A DNA stretch of 52,981 nucleotides, the filler included, from Sphacelaria rigidula (taxonomy: Eukaryota): NCBI GenBank assembly GCA_964200075.2. It is 3 parts of 3 records of this genome, joined end to end, with 100 filler letters (N's around TTAATTAATTAA, not from the genome) between each part and the next. Parts side by side here need not be neighbours in the genome. Positions count along the whole stretch, not along the records: positions 35,393 to 52,981 come from CAXNAA020001035.1; 2 more parts are not named here. The stretch is one strand, 5' to 3'. Below, piece after piece: positions 39,101 to 52,286 of the stretch. Numbering within the stretch: position 1 is the first letter of the stretch; each line of letters starts with the position of its first letter. Position numbers and translations under genes: made by a program. The notes beneath the pieces are model-generated. The model did no database searches. It worked only from the letters and a program-made list of their open reading frames with translations, and had not been told where the DNA came from.

Positions 39101-41259
39101 ATAGTGAGCGTACAGACGCATGTTGCCGTGGGTTAACATCGATACAGTCGAAAATGACGACCTTTACACCAGAACAAGAAGAGGCAGAAGTAAGGCCTCC
39201 TTGTTCATACCAAAACGAGGTGATGAGGTGCGAAAATCACGTAAGGCATGTATGTACGGAGCGCTTCGTCGTTGGCCGATGTACAGAGTTGACAGGTTTT
39301 TTTCCAGTCTTTCAGATTGAAGACTCTCTCTAGTTCCCGAAATAGATTTTCTTGTGCCTACACCCTCTGCTAGGTACCGTGCACCAAAGTTTGGTAGGTA
39401 CCTTGTAGCGGGCATCAGATAATTCGCCAAACAACGCGGCCGATGACGTGCTACCGATAGAGGCAGCAGTGGCGTTGTCACCACGTGAGTCCTCTCCAGA
39501 AAGGTTTCCCTTGTAACGACCCTCCACGAGCTGCCAACAGGGCGAAACTGTAGTTCGCGTCCCAGTGCCTCTCCTGGTTGGGTACTGTTCGAGTAGGGTC
39601 GCGACGGATGCAGGCGATGTCAAAGCCGTTACAGCGGGAATTGTGATGGAACAGAAAAGGTCCCGTGAACGCGCTCTATGTATGATAGACGTTGGCTTTG
39701 GATATTATTATCCTCAAACGCTGCCTGAACGTACCGATGCGTTGTCCCTCTAACGGGTCGGAGCATAAGACGTTTGAATGATGCCTTGAACGGTGCACGG
39801 TAGTGTCGACACGATCATCGCAACGTATTTTATGTACGAGACGGCATTACTACCCCAGGAGGGTCAAGAGGCGTACCTCCCTCCAACAGCAAAGTCCGCG
39901 AAGCGCGCTAGCGTGCACATTAGCAAGGTAAACTCCGCCAGATTTTTGGATGATAGGAGTCGCCCTCTCGTCCGCGTCTCCAGACCTGTTATGTTCCCCC
40001 CGGTTGCTTCTCGCCCCCAGCATGGTGGGAATCTCGGGCAGTACTACCTGCGATACTTTCAACGACTTACTATTTGCTGTTGATGATTCCCCCCGTCCAT
40101 CTGTAGCAAGAATCTGAACGGCGAGGGCAGTAGATGGCTCAGACGTCCCTGTGCGAGCTGTTCCGAGCGGCGTCGCAGCGCCGTCAGTGGGTGCGGCGTC
40201 CGCTGCGTCGGCAACGGCCGTTGTGAGTGGAGGCATGTGTTGCTTCGTTTTTAGAGTACGGTGTACTGTGTCCGCGCCGTCTTCATCGCTCTCGCGCTGC
40301 CCGATCCTGTCGGGAAAAGCCGAATTGATACTAGATTGCGTCCCTAGGGCGAGGGTATCGCTCTCAACCACTCTAGCTGCTGCTTTTGGCGACACAGTCA
40401 CGTTGGGTAAGGATGTCAGCCACAGCTCACCGTTGTCGTCAACAATGAAGTCAGCCTCGCAGTCCCATATGGCCGTTGGATCTGCCCCTGCCTCGCAAAG
40501 CCGGGGTTCGAGGAACGCTGCAAGGCTGGTCAGTGCTGACTTGATTTGGTCGTGCAGTCCATCAGCGCCAAGGTCACGTTCTTCAACTCTTCGAGAGTCT
40601 GTCTCAGCCGGGGTGTTGCTCTCCACTAGGCAGCCGCTTGCTGTTGGCGCTCGCTGGAATAATGGAGACAGACTCATGAGCGAAAATGACTTATCTCCCG
40701 CTCGGACGCGACCGCGTAGAAAGGAGTTTGCGCCATGCTGCGGCCGAAGGTAGCACTGAAGCGTTCTCCCCACGAAGCCTGGAGGGACTGCTTCCGAGCC
40801 GATCATAGCTTCCTCCAGAGCTATCCTGTCCACCACTGTACGTTCTCCTGGGTGCGCTTGCCTGCGAATGCTACTGCTGCTGACTAGAGCCACGTATCCT
40901 TCGGTATTGCTCGAGTTCGCCAACGCAAATCGCGTGAATCTCTCGACAACCTTGGCACGGTCCTGGAATTTCTTCTTCGCTGTGATCTCGCCTGTTTTGG
41001 CCGTGAAAATCCAACTCTCCACCTCTCCTGCGTCGTCGAGCACCACCGTATCGACCAGACGCATGCCAGACCACTTCTGCTTGAACAGTGATGAGCTCTC
41101 ACCATCTTTATTGAGGTCCAAGCTATGAGTGTCTGTATTGTTCATGAAAAATCCACATCCTGAAAGCGAAGCAGCAATCAACCGCCAGTCTACCGCCAAA
41201 ACCTGGTGCTTGTGCGCGTTGTCATTTTTCTTGTCGCTATCAGAGTCGTCTTCTGCCAT
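36138..41259 (-). CDS. Uncharacterised large protein: divergent ATP-grasp/TTL-like N-terminal region, CxxC motif, low-complexity and coiled-coil C-terminal part; 3' end not resolved
   Basis: ATG at 41259. Phase-0 GT-AG exons 41259-39877, 39584-39402, 39015-38821, 38479-37901, 37614-37126 and 36629-36138 give about 1107 codons with no stop. Contains LQCYLRP, ADFIVDDNGELWL, AYYEEVTVCGNCMEICRKLD and a coiled coil LRDRLAGAEAENKAL. Confidence 0.8.
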
Positions 41260-41603
41260 TGGCGTAGGCGTTCAGCTGTCCGCCCAAACCACCGCGAGAG
41301 TCTCGTCCACACCCGATTTAGACTTTTGTACCGTCGATTGGTTAAATCTAGCCTCTTTAGGGGCAGCAAGAGGGCATTGCACTGCTGAGTTGTATCAGGT
41401 CTCAAGACCCCGTTGCTGGTGTTGGATCCGTTCATCGCTGGATCTTTCCACCAAATGTTGAATACACAATCTCGCCGCGTTTCTGGGCACCGGCTTTTTG
41501 CTGGTGCTCCCTATCGCTCGCCACATCGGCCAGCAGCACAACGTGACCGATGGCTGTAGTAAGCTCGATATGTACAGGCGGTATTGCCCGATCTCTGCAC
41601 CAG
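41260..41603. promoter_or_regulatory. Short divergent intergenic region, candidate bidirectional promoter
   Basis: The minus-strand ATG at 41259 and the plus-strand ATG at 41604 (or in-frame 41550) are only about 290-345 bp apart. No specific motif identified. Confidence 0.5.
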
Positions 41604-44600
41604 ATGGATCGTGGTGCGAGAATCAGATCATTTCGCGAGCTCCGTACTCACGGCGATGCGACCAACAATCAAGATGTGCTGCTGTCTGGAGATACCAACG
41701 GCAAAATTTATACCCAGGTGGGCGTGGATGAGCACTGCTGTAGCACCTGAGCTGCTTGCTGTAAGCAGCTTAGGCGGCAGTCTAAGTACAAGCTCTGACG
41801 ATAGTATAAGTGCACGGAGAAGATACAGGGCGACGGTGATGATCATTGCTGATTGTACAGTGCACAGATTTTGTCTGTCAGGGACCGTACCTGTCCAGTG
41901 CGCTGTACTACTGTACCAGCTGGATACTGTTCTGTTTTATTCTGTGCACGATAATATAGCGTGCGGTGCTTGCGCGTCGGTGTTGAAGTCGCGGTCGGTG
42001 GCGGCACGCGTGAAAATAGCGCTTGCAGTCGTCACGTGGTCAGCACTTCATTTGCAGGCACACGTCAAGTCTAAGCGTGTCTCCAACTGTGTCGATTTTC
42101 CTGGTGTGTTGCACACATCCTCATGAACAGTACTTGACGACTCCAGGAAACACAAACACTGCCTATCTTAGTGACGTTGTTCCGAAATGACCTCATGACT
42201 TGCGTTCCTACTGCTGACTGTGAATACAGGCGCTACAGCGGCTCAGCACTTTCCGGGTGCGACATAAGAACAAGGCAAGGGAAGATGCTCAGAGAATCGA
42301 CTGGCAAGACGAAGACATGCGCCTCGGCCGAGTAAATCAAGAGCTCACCAAAGCTATTACGGTATGTCAATGCCGTCCGGTAGATGTAGCGTGGGCAAAA
42401 CGAGAGAAAAAGTACGCGAATGCGGTCTTCGCTTGCACACCTCGCGCTCATCACATGACGTGCACAAACATATAGTACAGCTAACGGTGCACCTTCCTCG
42501 TTACTGGGCATCAGTAGTAGTAGTACTTTGCCTCAGATCAGGCCAACCACTGATTTATCGCATGCGTATCCTCCGAATTCGGGTGCAACAAGGGACACCC
42601 GGTGAAACCTCACCTTTGAAGATGACCGTTCCGTTCGTATTGTTCGACTGGGAATATCACGATTGGTCCAGGACATGCTGAGGGCCTCCAGCACGAAGAG
42701 GAGTTGTCCTCCGACTTCTACTCTTGCCTGTAGAAAGGACAACTTCGCGGCGAGTGCCAAATGTACGGTGCACTCTCAGGCTAGCAGAGCTGAGAATCGA
42801 AAACGGCAACCTATTGAGCAACATTGCACAGCATGTGTTCAAGACACAGAGGGCACGCATCACATGTTCACCTCGACAACAGAGGAGCTGGCCGATCTTA
42901 ACTCGGAAGAGCAAGAGCTGGAAATAGAAAGGCAAAAGGATTTAGACAGAGATGCGTCGCAAGTTGTCGAGCTACGAGCTCTGGTCACAGAGTTTGTAAA
43001 CAGTTGCAAAGCTCTCAGGCTAGAAAGAGAAGAGGTGCCATCGCTTTCTGGGTATTCGGAGTGCCTCCACCCCCAGCGAAACGGGGAGAATGTGGAGGAG
43101 GCAGCGACGAGCACGATCGCAATCTCAAGCCGTGTAGTGGACAACCCACTTCTATCAAATGGGGCCCGAGAGAGTGCTTTGATGAGATTTCGCCCACCGC
43201 GTGACGAAGCAAATAACAAGGGATCATCGATGGCGGAGAGCGCTGAATCGAGGCAAGGGATCATGGCAGACATACTCCTTCAGGTTCGTCATCCACACAG
43301 CAACGGACTGTTCCCAGGTGTGCTTCGCTGCTTTGCAGGCTTGTTTTGCACAACGCATAATTTACAGGTTTCCCCGGCCTTTGCCGGATCGGTAACGTTA
43401 GGTTGCTTGCCGAGGGCTGCATGCCAACACGGCGAAAGCCGTAGTATCACAAGGCGGATACACCATGCGTGTCCGTGCCCCACTCCCCCACAGTCCCCAT
43501 TTGTTTAAAAAATTGATACCATGTACGCATCGTTTTGCCTACTACCGTCGTGTTCTCGTGTTGTCGAGTCACCGTAGGTACGTACGGCACACAGCGAGGC
43601 CGGCGACTCGCTTTCCAAAAAAACACGCGAACTGGAGGCGGAAGTGAAGGATGCCAGGCGAGCTCTTGCGGTCATCCTCGTCCCGGATTATGAGCAGGAA
43701 GGCGCTTGTTCGGTTGAAGCTTGGGTTCTGGACAGCATTGAGAATAGTTTGAGAAACAGCCGAGCACAGGAGAAGCGTCCTTCAACAGAGGATACAGGCG
43801 GGGGTGATGACGGGAAAGGAATCATGCATGGCGGCGACGACGAAGTTCGAAGAGCTATTATTCGCGCCCAAGTTATCGTCAGGTCTGGAAGCAAGAAGGC
43901 AAAACGCATTCTTTTAGTAAATGTACGGCAAAAACAGCTCTTTTCGTGGGCAGTTCAGGTATGGACTCTCTGGCTATACCATACTAGTTCCTCTATCGCC
44001 TTTATGGCACAGTCAGATACGATACGCTACGTGGGACGTGGGATCCCAGCAATAAGAGTGAGTGTATGCGACCGCGACGTGAGACGATGGTGGTAAAGTT
44101 TGAAATGAGGGCTAATAATCGGACTCGAGCTTACAGTAACGCGAGGTCTCACCCGTCGGCTCTTCTTCCCTCGACACCCGTTCCCCCCATACATTGATTT
44201 CGTCCACTATAGGCTTGGAATGATAGAGGCTGAGCACAGCACGCGTCTGGCAACATTGCGACATGAATTCCTGCGTAACGCAACCCAACCCAATTCGGCC
44301 GGAAGCACGGAGGCAGCTTTGCACGCATCTGGCGGCTGGAATCCAGAAGAGCACTTCAGGCTTGCGAAATATTTTTCATCTCGACCGCAAGAAGTGCACT
44401 ATCCCACTATCTCCTCGCGTGTTCCTGTTGTCAAATGCCATGGGCGGCGGTCTGAGTATTTCTTCATGAATTTCTTCATGCATACAGCAAAACGATGTGA
44501 AAGAGTGGCGCAGGTATTTTCGAGGCGCCTTTTTCGAGCTAAAGAAGCTCACATGTGACCCCATGAATCTCGACAAGTCAAAACGTTGAAGCTACGCTCT

Positions 44601-47600
44601 CGGCAAAAACGTGTACCTGCAGGTTCACGAAAGTACTGAAAGCGAGAAGCGATGCCCTCGGGGACTCGGTGGGTGCCTTCGGTACGAGCAGTGGCGGTGG
44701 TCGCCCGGGCGGAAATGACAAGAGACCACTGACCGTGCGCCTGTGCGCAGGACTCCCGGATATGAGCCCAGACGAAATATCGAGGCACGAAACCTGGGTT
44801 AGGCAGCGAGGTCTTTTCGTTGGCAAGAAGAAGATAGAGAACGAGGTAACGAGGTACAGCGTCTGTCTCTCGTCGTTTCAGCACATTTCGTGGTACTGTA
44901 GATTGGGAGGTGGCAGCGGAGGTGGTGGCGATGGTGTTGTGATGCCGGTTGTGCGTGCGAGACTTGGATGGGTTGAAGATCCTGCTGTAAACCTGTTGTG
45001 GTATTGTACGGTGAGTTTCATTTGAACATGTGACCAAAAAATCTACTTTCAACAATGTTTTCGTGAGATTGACAGTAGAGGATACGATTCAGAGTGAAAA
45101 GCGGTCAATGAGTGAATGAATCGTTTCAGTTCCGAAATTCTCCCGAACGACGCCCGATGTGCTTTCTGTAGTAGCTTGCCACTGAGGCCCTCGATATCCC
45201 TGAGTACCATATCGACGTGTACCTGTAAGCACACGCTAGTGATGGAGGCAAAGAGAACAACACACGGAGTACAAAGTTTGCTTGGTTAAAGCGAATGATC
45301 AAAGCCACTCTCAATCAGCGCTCTACTCTCAATCTCACGAATACGTTCTTTTTTGTGAGTGTTGTGGTACGAACATACCAGGATAACAGTAACATGCTGT
45401 CCAATATGTATCCTGTCGTGTCGGTGTACCTCTCACGCTGTTAGTACTGTACACAGTCAGTCAGCTCTGTTCTCCTTTATTCTCACGTGTACAAGTGATG
45501 CAAAATTCCAGCGGCGCAAGCGTGAGTTGGACGACCTGGTGGCCTGGGGCAAGGCATCGCTGGAAGCTCAAAGACAGGGGGAACGGGCGGCCGTAGTAAG
45601 AGCCGAAGAGCTACGGGAACGCGAGGCTCGACGTGCTGAACTCGAGGCGTGAGTCTGTACCATGAATGCGCGAGAGTCAAGTCATTATGTCACAGGTTCT
45701 TTTCGGTTATCATTTTGACTATCAGAACACTGAAATCCAACTCCCAGTATACACTGCCGTAGACTGCGGGCAAGACGAGTAAACAGGGGATAAGGCGTTC
45801 GGTGCATGCTATCGACTGTGGAAAAGGCGAACAACCTGTGTGCATATTGTTCCACTTTTTCTTCTGTAACTCTAAGATATTTCATCAAGCACAGTCACAA
45901 ATAATGTATTTCTCGATTTCAACTGGCGCACTTCACATGCCGCCTGCCGCGGAGACCATTCACCAAGCGAGAGGGGAAGCTGGCACTATCACTACACGTG
46001 TATGTCCTTCGTGGTTCCGCGTATGTTGGCGTTGATACGAGTTCATGATACGGTGCTAACACAGAACACGATGAAAACAAATGAATGCTCTAGCAGGTTG
46101 TTACGAGACCAGCGTGAGACGCGAAACCAGCGCAAACGTGAGCAACAAGAGAGAGAACGAGAAGCAACGCAGAGCAATAAAAGCAGAGAGGCCGCGGCAG
46201 AGGAACGCAAAGCCTGGGACGATGAACGCAAGCGGAAACTCGTGGCGGAGTATCGGTGAGTCTAGATTCACAACGGCAAAATAATCAGCGAGAAGTGAAC
46301 GCATTTCAACTGCACATGGCGACACTGTATTATGGTGGGCTATGTTCGGTGTGAATGCTGACCATGGAGATTTCCATCATTCCCCCCCCCCCCCTCCCTC
46401 CTCCCGATATCTGCATGGTCCAATGCAATGGACATGGCGAAAGATCTAAAATTGCGATTTCGGGTCGGGGACCTGAACATGCCAGAAAGAAGAAAGAGAT
46501 ATACCAATAGGCAGATGCACAAAATTGCCCCTGCGGCAGAGCAACAGAGAGCAGAAGCCATATAGTTGCAGAATGTGAACTATACAGGGAAGAACGGGAC
46601 ATTCTAGAGGGGGAAATGCGGGACGTGAACGAAGGTGGCATGGAATCGTTTGATGCATTAGAGAGTAGCGAGAAATCGATGTCTATACTAGGCAATCGAT
46701 GGTGGCCACAGACGGCGAAACAGGACGGGGATAAGATGTGTAATAAATGGTTTTTGTGTAGTGTGTGGAAGAAACGTAATAAGCGCCAGAATGTTGGAGA
46801 TGTCTCTATTAGGAGTAGGAACGGTGCTCCGTCTCGAAAGGGATGCGTGGTCAATTGTCACACGACGAAGGCAAGCAACAAATGCGTACGTTCTCCCCCC
46901 CCCCCCCCCCCCCCCCCCCCCCCACCCCCACCCCCCCCCCCACCACCCCCCCCCCCCCGCCCCCCCCCGCGCCGGACAGCNNNNNNNNNNGTAGGAACCG
47001 TGCCCCGCCCCGAAAGGGGGCGGGGGGCAATTGTCCCCCCACGAGGACAACCAAAAAAACGGCACGTTCCCCCCCCCCCCCCCCCCCGCATGTGCAATCC
47101 AAACTCAACACACACAAATATTACCCCTGGTAGGCAGCCCCTGTGGAGCAAGGGAAGCTGCGTACGAGTCGTCCAGTGCTCACACGCCTATATGCTACAG
47201 ACATGAACAACGGATTTCGCTTCCGACACATTGCCTACAGATTTCGCTTCCGGGCATGTGACGTCGGCGTGGGAGATAAGTTTAGCATCACTAGGAGCCA
47301 ATTTCGAGTAAGCCTGTACCCGGTAGGGTCTCCGAAAAGCGCGACACATCAAACAGATTCTTGTTTTGTCTTTTTCGCAGAAGTAATGCTTGTGTGTGGG
47401 CGGGAGGGGGGCAAGTTTTTGAGAAAATTTCAAGTATGGTATTTCAATGCCCTCTACGAGAGGAAGTAGCGGCAGGTAATGTTGTCTTTGTTGTTGCTGT
47501 TGTTGTTGTTGTTGTTGTTGTTGTCTTCACATTAAAAACCGTTCCGATATCTGCGCGGTACATTCGTACTGAGCATCTGATGCGGACGCCTTCCGTGGTC

Positions 47601-49753
47601 ACAGGCTAGCAAAAACAATATATATAGATCAAAACTCACAAAACGCGATACAAGCAAAACAGGGAAAAACGAATTAGAAAAAAGAGAATACACATGCTAA
47701 CCTCAGAAGATCCGGTGCTGCAGGTGGCCATTCGAGGTTACTGAATATTTTGATGCGAGAAGAAGATTACCCTCATTTTTTTCCCCATGTTTTCATACTT
47801 GTCCATTCTATTTGTTACTGAATGAAGTCCTATTACCAAGGGATTCGTCAGGGTATGGGGACAAGATCAGGTCTCTGGGGTTTGCTCAACGGTTCGAGAT
47901 AAAGATCTATCTGCACAGACAGAGTGATTGTTCTGCAGTCAAGCTCGCGAATACGAAAGGGGTACGCATTGCGCGTTTGGCGACACACTGCTCTTTCGTG
48001 TATGCCGTCAATATTCCATGGATTGGCTGATGAAAAATATCATAAAACCAAAAAATGCAGCGCCAGCTTGCACGACCTCCGCGTCCGAGAAGCGGACGCT
48101 CGTGCGGCTGAAGAGCGGGCGCGGGAGATCGAGCGTATTCAACGCATGCCCAAGAACAGGGAGCGAATTGGGTTCCGAGAGGAGAGGGCGCGACTCAAGC
48201 GGGTGAAGTTTGTACTGTTTGGTACTCCGCGACTTCTTTGAACTCCCCGCTCACCGTACAGTCTGGTGATCTGAAAGAACCCGTCTCCCTCGCTCAAATC
48301 AGATACCTGTCCTATGCACGCTATGTCCGAGTTCGAGTACGCCCCACAAAACGACTAAGTTGGGTCGTAAGGGTGTAGACACGGCTGATGGTACATCCGG
48401 CGTGAGACCCCATATTTCTCGTCATCAAGGTCACGCTCTTTTGTTTATTTTATTTTGCCACCCGTGGTGTTGGATAATCATAATCCACCCCTGGTGCAGG
48501 AAGAGCAAGATCGCAGGGCACGGGAGGCACAGGCACTAGAAGCGAAACGCTTGGAAGTCTTAGGAAAGCTGGCGTTAAGCGTACCGTACGCCGCGGCATG
48601 TGCGAACGCAGAAGCCAAACTCGATCATATTACAGGTGATAATATAGTGTTGAATTCATCCGCGTACGATATATGGTGAACTTGGTAGTCCTGTGAGTAA
48701 ACATATGGTGAACTGACTCGTGAAGTGTAGTCTAGGACACTGCCCTCTCCTCCGCCAACATACGTATACCGAAAACACTAAAAACTAACGCCATTCTCAC
48801 ACGTACTTGAATTTGGTGAGGGACGTAAGGAGTAACCGTTTCGGATAATAACTTTCGGTTGGCAAGTTTTCTGCGGGGTTTTCAGTTGCTATACCATAGG
48901 TAATCACCGTAAATGTTTAATACCAAACGTTAAGGGGGAAAAATATCCGTACCCGAAAGAAAATCATTCGTATATACAACCTATTATTGGTTACCAATAT
49001 CTAACAAATTCAGGACGTTCGAGTGGAACTGAATTTTTTTTTGAGATAAAGTCTCGATTGAGTTATGTACCCGTCTGAACGGTGATTAGTGTAGGCAGTA
49101 CTTGCAGGTTAACACGCAGTCAAGTATATACCAATGCACAATTTTGCGGCTTGCTTTTTTTTGTACGTGGCTTCAACTGCAGTTGAGATCCCCACAGTCG
49201 TTCCTGCCGAATTCTTACTTACTGCGCCGTATGGTGTGGACTACGAAATGTCAAATTGAGGGGCACAACCAGCAAACGTTTAGATCCGAAGTTTTCGAGC
49301 CAAATGCTGCGCTACTGTACGATCGACTACACCAGACCACCACGGGAAAACGGGTTGATTGTTTGATTAATCAATCGCCGCACATTATGTGATTGTGCCC
49401 TGGTGTTTTTTTACAAGACATTGTTGCCGTGTTGTCACTGCTAAATTGATGGCTCTGACCTCCTCCCCCCGCCTGAACGACCTCTGCGGGTGCCTGCCTC
49501 TCCGCGCCCCCGCCCCCGCCCCCCGCCATTAATTTGCGGTACAGCGGCGACAGCGGCGCACTTTGATCAGTTGGAACACTTCGATCGATCGAGGGGACAC
49601 TGTCCCATGTTTGGCTACAACACTGGCAAGGTTTTCCGAAATGCGCGCTTCCGTCTAGGGCTGTATCTCAGGGAGGCCGGAGTGTCCCACACGACTGCGG
49701 CGCACGAAGCGGTCATGCGCTCCGTCGGACCGCTTCCTGATGCTCCCTTTTGA
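41604..49753 (+). CDS. CCDC148: Coiled-coil domain-containing protein 148-like
   Basis: Exons: 41604-41717, 42230-42361, 42780-43283, 43578-43882, 44213-44359 (donor uncertain), 44623-44845, about 45496/45512-45648, 46097-46255, 48061-48202, 48500-48635, 49545-49753 (TGA). Long E/R/K coiled coils, GGWNPEEHF, EISRHETW, NRERIGFRE, and a C-terminal GYNTGKVFRNARFRLGLYLREAGVSHTTAAHEAV resembling the CCDC148 tail. Confidence 0.75.
47488..47738 (-). mobile_element. 3' end of a (CAA)n-tailed LINE/SINE-like repeat, intronic copy
   Basis: Reverse complement of 51065-51390: shares gctagcctgtgaccacggaaggcgtccgcatcagatgctca..gtaccgcgcagatatcg..tgtgaagac(aac)n and ccacctgc.gcaccggatctt.tgaggt. Confidence 0.7.
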
Positions 49754-51064
49754 GAAGAGAGGATCGAGACGAGTCGACTCGACAAATGCAACCTCCGGGG
49801 ACTCAACTCACCGTGGGTGATGTCGTCGGTGTTCTCGGGGGGCAATCGTGCGATGTTCCCCGTGTTCGTTACCAAAATCAATATGGGTGTATACAAGATG
49901 GAAGCATAACGATGGGAGTGACTTTTTGGGGGACCACCGTCTTTTATTCCCAGACAGTAGACCGCGCAAGCATTAGCAACAGGCAGGGTTACCAATAATT
50001 TTACTGGCAACCACCAAGAAGTTGGGAAGATCGTGAGTCCAAGTGGTTCGGACGAGCGTTGTCGATGCGGGTGCGGGGAGAGTTGGAGATACACTCATCA
50101 TCCGATTTACTGTAGGTCTGACCCTTATGTTCGGGAAAGGTAAATCAGGAGGTGAAGTTTCGATTATTCCGCGAGTGCGCACGGTTTCGGTTCGTTGATT
50201 GTGGGTGACCGACCGGCCGCTTGGACCGGGAACGGTACCAGGGTAGTCAAGAATGGCTACTCCAAGGTATGGCCGCAGTCAAGACAGGGATCTATTGAAA
50301 ACAATGACTGCTTCCGGTGTACCATGATTTTTTTAGTGTAAGTCGCGTGCAGCGAGGAATGGGCCGACAGTTCCCCTTTTTTTACGGAGTGACCGTGCGA
50401 GGGTAGAACATGCGCTTCTGTTATTTGGGGAGGGAGGGCACGGGTGCTACTACACTCATCCCTGTTTGATGTCTTGAACCTTCCTGGGGGAAACGGTGTT
50501 TGTGTGGCGTTTCTTGGTTCACTCTCGCATGATTGCACAAAAATGTTACCGGTTTCAGGCGAAAACACGAATACAGCTCTGTCCGATAGTGAAAACACCT
50601 AGATGCAGTGCCAGAAACATGACGACAAGCAAGCGAATTAAGCAAGCAGCACTGCAACACTGCAACAAGGCATAACCGTGCCTTCAAAGCACAAGTCAGT
50701 GTCGAGCCACTTGAACGACATTTTTGCGGTACGGAAATCATATTAGATTTTTACAGAGTGCGATTGGACGGGACACAAACGAAGCCAACACAGCAACGAC
50801 GACGGTCCAGAGAAGGGGGGGGGGGGGGGGAGGCGGTTAACTCCCCCGATGAGGGGTGTCGTTATGTCATCGGGTGCTTCGCTTGATATGCCTGGTATGC
50901 TTATACGTATGGCTGTCCCTCGAGAGGTCCAAGGATAGAACCTTGCGATTCTTAGTTCTTCGGTTGGTGATCTTCGGACTTTGAGTTTGGCCCGTAGTCT
51001 AACCCTATGCCCATTTCTACTTGGCCTCGCGCGTCGGGTTGGAAAGTCAGGGGCCGCCCCCTGA

Positions 51065-51390
51065 AATCCGAATCGCCACCTGCGGCACCGGATCTTTTGA
51101 GGTCAGCCATACTTTTTCCCTTACTTTTTTCTTCTTTGTTCCTGTTTTGCATCAGGTCCATGTTTTTTTTACTGGGTTCTTTCAGTTTTTTTTTTGCTTT
51201 TTTTGATTTCCTCATACTTTAATGTAGGTAGCTAGCCTGTGACCACGGAAGGCGTCCGCATCAGATGCTCAATACGAATGTAATGTACCGCGCAGATATC
51301 GAAACGATTTTTTTATGTGAAGACAACAACAACAACAACAGCAACAACAACAACAACAAAACCAACGACATCAACAACAACAACTGCAGT
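51065..51390 (+). mobile_element. 3' end of a (CAA)n-tailed LINE/SINE-like repeat, intergenic copy
   Basis: Inverted homolog of 47488-47738, ending in a (CAA)n tail at about 51323-51383. Confidence 0.7.
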
Positions 51391-52286
51391 GATCGAACGC
51401 GGACTTCGAGATCAAGACCTTGGCACCCCGCGACCCATTCGTAGATGGTCACAATCATTATAACAACGAAGTATCACGGGTGTTATTATTGTACAATCTG
51501 CAACCTCTTGTTGGAATTATCCCTTTTTTCAACACATAATACGCCAGACGCACATAATACACCAGACGCACCGTGAGCTCAAAGATCAACTCGGGAACGA
51601 ATAAACGGAGCATGATAAAACACCCATTTTTACGAAACAGGCGGCATCTTCTTGACTCCATTCGGAAATCAAAGTCCTCTACACCACAAGGGGATAAGGA
51701 CTTCCACGGGAACAACCAAAGACCAAGCAAAACGCAAGGGACGTACAAGAAGCTATAGACTACAGTAGAACATGTCGAAGTTCACATTCCCTCACGAAAA
51801 CACAAGGTGTACGCCTACACACATGCCCGAACGAGCGGCTGGTGTGATGGGAAAACCAATTGAACCGCTAAAACCGCAGCAACACGATCAGGTATTCTAA
51901 TTACGAACACGTCACAAAAAATGAAAGTCAAGCTACGGATCACACGACGTCTCATGCCTCGCGCATCAAGATGTGCAACATATCAAGAGGAGTGAACACA
52001 CAAGGACTGCCTAATCAAAGTCGGGGGTGGGTGGTTTCAATACAAACGTCGGGTGTTTACAAAATCGATTTGTATGGGTTTCCAGCACGTACACTAGCGA
52101 CACTAAGGTACAGCAAATTACTACGGTAGGAGAGGGAGAGTAGAAGACGTACGTGTCCTACGAGGTAACTCTGTATGTACATGGATATGCGTCGCTGTAA
52201 GCTTTGAGCGACCGACTGAGCACAACGCGTCGAGGCTAAATTGTGCATTTTACACCTCATAGGCATACACAAACTTCGTAGCGCTA

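Noticed and set aside
40151..40753. 200-aa plus-strand ORF and other antisense ORFs
   Set aside because: Shadow frames opposite GC-rich real exons.
26356..41259. One giant gene fusing the orphan minus-strand gene with AHI1, or a ciliary gene cluster AHI1+CCDC148
   Set aside because: They are separated by the artificial spacer at 35293-35392 and lie on different contigs.
46616..47206. Poly-Pro / poly-Gly ORFs (also 21331-21788 and 35337-35675)
   Set aside because: These are C/G homopolymer runs around N gaps, in low-quality sequence.
50952..51215. Lys-rich 87-aa ORF
   Set aside because: It overlaps the T-rich body of the (CAA)n-tailed repeat, and the homologous copy at 47600-47738 does not preserve it.
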